From Hydrurus foetidus (Eukaryota), in NCBI GenBank assembly GCA_900617105.1, contig UYFQ01000005.1:310001-374000 (forward strand): a DNA stretch of 64,000 bases, in the 5' to 3' direction. Under the pieces are notes generated by a model that saw only the letters and a program-made list of their open reading frames with translations, searched no databases and was not told the DNA's origin. Below are positions 60,087 through 64,000 of the stretch, in pieces. How positions within the stretch are numbered: the first letter of the stretch is position 1; each line of letters starts with the position of its first letter. The position numbers and the translations under genes are program-made.

Positions 60087-61298
60087 TCAGACGTGGGCAG
60101 CACGCAGACGCATCGAGAACTCTTGCAGTGCAGCAATACCACTCTCTTCAGCGCGACGGCACCAAGCTTGCAGATCATGGGTCAACTGCTCACGACTTCC
60201 AGAAGTGTTGAGCCACATTTGACGCAGCTCTTCGCGCATCACCACCATTTTGTCCAGCACCGGGTTAGCAGCACGGGCAAGGGCAAGTTGATTCACAGCA
60301 CCCGCAGGCACTTGCTCAGCATCCCGGTGCAACCAGCGTTTGGCAGCCTTCATGATGGCAGAGTTGGCACTGGCGGCTTCGCCTTTGGATTTCATCATGG
60401 CGATTTCGTTTTGACACGTTTCGCGCATACCACGGGCATAACCAGCCATCACTTCATAGCGGTTGGCAATCAGCGCTTCAAGCGTCTTCTCGTCGGCCAC
60501 AGGGCGAATGGTACCCAGTTGCAATTTAGGCGGTGTCTTGTTGACTTTGACCCAGCCGATTTTCTCCATCAGGCTGATGTAGAACCAGCCCACGTCAAAT
60601 TCGTAAGGCTTAACCGAGAAACGGGCCGAAGTGGGGTAGGTGTGATGGTTGTTGTGCAGCTCTTCGCCGCCAATCAAAATGCCAACGAGTGAGACATTGC
60701 GGCTGCAATCGGGGGATTCAAAATTGCGGTAACCCCAGTAGTGACCAATACCATTGATAACACCAGTGGCCCACACGGGAATCCAAGCCATTTGAATCGC
60801 CCAAACAGTCAAACCGGCAGCGCCAAACAAGGCCAAATCAATGATCATCATCAACGCCACGCCTTTAACACTGTGCTTGGTGTAAAGATTGCGCTCAATC
60901 CAATCATCAGGCGTGCCGTGACCATAACGGGCCAAGGTTTCCTTATTTTTGGATTCCGCACGGTACAGCTCAGAGCCTTCGAGCAGCAGCTTTTTGATGC
61001 CACGGGTCTGGGGGCTGTGCGGGTCTTCTGCGGTTTCGCACTTGGCATGGTGCTTACGGTGAACGGACACGAATTCCTTGGTGACCATGCCCGTGGTCAA
61101 CCACAGCCAAAAACGCAAGAAATGCGCGGGGATAGGCCCAAGTTTGAGCGCACGGTGCGACTGCTCCCGGTGCAAGAAGAGCGTGACACCAATGATGGTG
61201 AAGTGGGTGGCAACCAAAGTGAACACCACGATTTGCCACATGGAATAATCCAAGAGGCCGTGGCCCAACCAGTTCACCAGTGCGTCAAAAATCATCAT
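60087..61298 (-). CDS. DesA-type acyl-lipid/acyl-CoA fatty acid desaturase
   Basis: His boxes HREQSH, HRKHH and HNNHH. Confidence 0.9.
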   Translation of the reverse strand: MMIFDALVNWLGHGLLDYSMWQIVVFTLVATHFTIIGVTLFLHREQSHRALKLGPIPAHFLRFWLWLTTGMVTKEFVSVHRKHHAKCETAEDPHSPQTRGIKKLLLEGSELYRAESKNKETLARYGHGTPDDWIERNLYTKHSVKGVALMMIIDLALFGAAGLTVWAIQMAWIPVWATGVINGIGHYWGYRNFESPDCSRNVSLVGILIGGEELHNNHHTYPTSARFSVKPYEFDVGWFYISLMEKIGWVKVNKTPPKLQLGTIRPVADEKTLEALIANRYEVMAGYARGMRETCQNEIAMMKSKGEAASANSAIMKAAKRWLHRDAEQVPAGAVNQLALARAANPVLDKMVVMREELRQMWLNTSGSREQLTHDLQAWCRRAEESGIAALQEFSMRLRAAHV

Positions 61299-61501
61299 AT
61301 AGAAAGAGTCCTGTTTCCGATAAGGTGCGCAATTGTGCCTGCTTTTCGCATTTTGGGGGACATTTTTTAAGAAAATCGCTGGCGATTTAGCGTCATTTAC
61401 CCCTCAGTTCACCGAAGTTAGACGCTAACAGAGAATTTTCGTACCAAAAAGGCTGCAAAACCGTGATTTCGCCCCCAACGGGTTAGCCCTTCCAAATACG
61501 C

Positions 61502-62782
61502 TTATTTTCGTTCCCAAACAGCCGCAAAGAAACCGTCTGTTGAATGCCGGTGCGGCCACAAACGCAGGAAAGGCCCGCTGCACAAGCCCTCCGCGCCCTC
61601 CACTTTCAGCTGCGTCAGCAGGGGGGCCACCTCCACCGGAATGAATTCGGGGTTGGCCGCACCAAAGGCCAGCGCCACTTCTTCATTCTCTTGTGGCAGC
61701 AAGCTGCAAGTGGCATAAACCAAGCGACCACCGGATTTCAACAAACGGGCTGCGCTTTGCAAAATGGTCGTTTGCAGCACCACCTGCTCTTGCACGGTCT
61801 TGGCGCTCTGACGCCATTTCAGATCAGGGTTGCGGCGCAAGGTGCCCAAACCCGAGCACGGTGCATCCACCAGCACCCGGTCAATTTTGCCTGCGAGGCG
61901 CTTCACACGGTCGTCACGCTCATGGGCGATGGCGGTCGGGTGGACGTTGCTCAGGCCGCTGCGGGCCAAGCGCGGCTTCAGCGCCGCCAAGCGGTGGGCC
62001 GAATTGTCAAAAGCGTACAAGCGACCCGTGTTGCGCATGGATGCGCCAATCGCCAAGGTCTTGCCGCCCGCACCTGCGCAAAAATCCACCACCATCTCGC
62101 CCCGGTGGGCATCGAGCAGCAAGGCCAGCAGTTGCGAGCCTTCGTCTTGCACTTCCACGGCACCCCGGTTGAAAGCATCGAGTTTGGCGAGATTGGGTTT
62201 GCCTTCCACACGCAAGCCCCAGGGTGAAAATGGCGTGATCGTGGTCTTGATCGCTCCGTTTTTGCTAGCTGTAGCCACAATCTCAGCCTGCACCTCAGCC
62301 CGTTTGGCGACAAACGTGTTGACGCGCAAGTCGAGCGGTGCACTTTGGTTCAAGGAATCGACCAGTGGCCAAAAATCATCGCCCAACTGTGCTTTGAGCG
62401 GTGTGACCAGCCATTCAGGCAGGTTATGGCGGTGGCGATCGAGCAAATCAGCCGTTTTGATGGCATCGCAAGCGTCTAACCACACTTTTTCGTGGTCTAA
62501 CAACGCACTTTTCAGAAAATCGCGTGCGCCCGTGCCGTGGGCGAAACCCAAAATGGCGAGGCGGCGCTCTTTAGGGCCGGAACCTGAAGGCGCAAAGTGT
62601 TCAAACAGCAGCCGCTGGCGCAACACTGCATACACGGTGTCGGTCAGGGTCGCGCGTTCACGCGGGCCGAACTCTTTGTGTTCGCGGAAAAAACGGGAAA
62701 CCACGGCGTCGGCTGGGTGGTCAAACTTAAGGGACAGGGCGACGAGTTCTGTACAGGCGTCGAGTAGGGCTTTGGGATGCAT
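61502..62782 (-). CDS. RsmB/NOP family RNA m5C methyltransferase
   Basis: VQDEGSQL, DFCAGAGGKT, VDAPCSG, YATCS, DGFF. Confidence 0.92.
   Translation of the reverse strand: MHPKALLDACTELVALSLKFDHPADAVVSRFFREHKEFGPRERATLTDTVYAVLRQRLLFEHFAPSGSGPKERRLAILGFAHGTGARDFLKSALLDHEKVWLDACDAIKTADLLDRHRHNLPEWLVTPLKAQLGDDFWPLVDSLNQSAPLDLRVNTFVAKRAEVQAEIVATASKNGAIKTTITPFSPWGLRVEGKPNLAKLDAFNRGAVEVQDEGSQLLALLLDAHRGEMVVDFCAGAGGKTLAIGASMRNTGRLYAFDNSAHRLAALKPRLARSGLSNVHPTAIAHERDDRVKRLAGKIDRVLVDAPCSGLGTLRRNPDLKWRQSAKTVQEQVVLQTTILQSAARLLKSGGRLVYATCSLLPQENEEVALAFGAANPEFIPVEVAPLLTQLKVEGAEGLCSGPFLRLWPHRHSTDGFFAAVWERK
62253..62313 (+). repeat. Palindromic repeat copy inside the RsmB-family gene
   Basis: gctcc-gtttttg-ctagc tgtag ccac N11 gcac ctcagccc gtttggc. 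Confidence 0.55.
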
Positions 62783-62827
62783 AGGGGGCTATTGTCCCAC
62801 TGCGCCTCCACCATGCCAAAATTCTGC

Positions 62828-63091
62828 ATGACAACCCTATCGCCAAACGAGCCACTCGACACCATCCCAGCCGCGCTGCAAACACCGCCCGGCCTTTACC
62901 AACACTACAAAGGCATGCGTTATGACGTGCTGGGCACCGTGCGCCACAGCGAAACGCTGGAGCCGATGACCCTCTACCGCGCCCTCTATGGCGAACACGG
63001 GCTGTGGGTACGGCCAGCGGCCATGTTCTTGGAAACGGTGGTGATTGAGGGGGTGGCGCAGCCACGCTTCAGGCGAATCTCACCTGTTTAA
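62828..63091 (+). CDS. DUF1653 domain protein
   Basis: GLYQHYKG..HSETLE..YRALYG..WVRP. Confidence 0.85.
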   Translation: MTTLSPNEPLDTIPAALQTPPGLYQHYKGMRYDVLGTVRHSETLEPMTLYRALYGEHGLWVRPAAMFLETVVIEGVAQPRFRRISPV

Positions 63092-63155
63092 ATCCAACAA
63101 AATAGCCTATTTCTGCACGCCCCACCGGCACAGTCAGCTACAGTTTTTAAGTAAC
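63092..63155 (-). repeat. Degenerate palindromic repeat copy overlapping the purN stop
   Basis: Minus strand: gttac-N9-gtagc tgact gtgc N11 gcag aaataggc tattttg. Confidence 0.4.
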
Positions 63156-63718
63156 TCAGCAATCGCCTGCGGGTACAAGCGGTGCTCTTGTGTCAACACC
63201 CGCGCTTGCAGGCTGTCCGCCGTGTCGCCCGCCAACACCGGCACCACCGCCTGCGCCAAGATCGGGCCGTGGTCGAGTTCAGCCGTCACCTGATGCACCG
63301 TCACACCCGCCACCTTGCAGCCCGCATCAATCGCGCGTTGGTGCGTGTGCAACCCAGGGAAGGACGGCAGCAGCGACGGGTGGATGTTCAGCAACCGCCC
63401 CGCATAGCGCTCCACAAAACCCGGCGTCAAAATCCGCATAAAACCTGCCAGCACCACCAACGCAGGCTGGTGTACATCAATCACCTGCGCTAATTCAGCG
63501 TCAAACGCCTCACGCGACGCAAACGCTTTATGGTCAACCACAGCAGTGGCAATGCCTTGCTCACGGGCAAACACCAAACCCTTGGCATCCGCCTTGTTGC
63601 TGATGACGGCGGTGACACGGGCATCAAACCGTTTGGCCCAGCCCTCACGCTCAGCCGCGCGAACGATGGCAGCCATGTTGGAGCCGCCGCCGGAAATCAA
63701 AATCACGATGTTTTTCAT
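63134..63718 (-). CDS. purN: Phosphoribosylglycinamide formyltransferase
   Basis: LISGGGSN, LAGFMRIL, NIHPSLLP, LDHGPI. Confidence 0.97.
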   Translation of the reverse strand: MKNIVILISGGGSNMAAIVRAAEREGWAKRFDARVTAVISNKADAKGLVFAREQGIATAVVDHKAFASREAFDAELAQVIDVHQPALVVLAGFMRILTPGFVERYAGRLLNIHPSLLPSFPGLHTHQRAIDAGCKVAGVTVHQVTAELDHGPILAQAVVPVLAGDTADSLQARVLTQEHRLYPQAIAELLKNCS

Positions 63719-63844
63719 AGGTGTGATTATCCCAGTGCATCAATAGACGCGATTTTTGGCATCAATGCACCGCCCAAAGCCCGCTAGCATGACCCGTCTG
63801 CCCTTTACATCAACAGCTACACACCAAGGAAACCCCAAATGGCC

Positions 63845-64000
63845 ATGCTCAAGCTCTATATCGGTAACAAAAACTACTCCTCCTGGTCCATGCGCCCCTG
63901 GGTGCTGCTGAAGGAGGCCGGTATCCCCTTTGAAGAAATGATGCTGCGCTTTGATGCCTTCAGCGCCGACTCCCAATTCAAACAGCGCCTGGGCGCACTC
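63845..64000 (+). CDS. Glutathione S-transferase family protein (3' truncated by window edge)
   Basis: MLKLYIGNKNYSSWSMRPWVLL. Confidence 0.88.
   Translation, partial: MLKLYIGNKNYSSWSMRPWVLLKEAGIPFEEMMLRFDAFSADSQFKQRLGAL

Noticed and set aside
60087..61298. Helical C-terminal region of the desaturase that could be mistaken for a transposase
   Set aside because: Three His boxes define a desaturase; no DDE motif or terminal inverted repeats

Overview
Betaproteobacterial chromosome segment; gene order and protein style suggest Comamonadaceae (Rhodoferax/Acidovorax-like; inference). Positions 1-29.1 kb form a cell-envelope locus. It holds a complete Xps-order type II secretion operon (gspE-F-G-H-I-J-K-L-M-N-D), a lipoprotein, a 636-aa Ala/Thr-rich secreted protein that looks like an S-layer subunit, and a PPIase. 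These are nested inside glycan genes: two Wzt ABC ATPases plus a Wzm, two large methyltransferase/coiled-coil/glycosyltransferase proteins, three acyltransferases, a GT2, a HAD and a GtrA. The remainder is mostly housekeeping (prfC, SAH riboswitch-ahcY, metF, rlmJ, rplM-rpsI, erpA, anmK, tyrS, coaX, livHMGF, rarA-lolA-ftsK, trxB, rpmB-rpmG, purN). It also carries a vapBC toxin-antitoxin pair and a membrane GGDEF-EAL gene convergent with a FeeM-like acyl synthase. A degenerate ~60-bp palindromic repeat (GCTAY-N7-RTAGC-N5-GCGC-N11-GCGC-like) occurs 8-9 times, always inside or overlapping protein-coding genes, and is read in several different frames. No rRNA, tRNA, CRISPR or transposase was seen.
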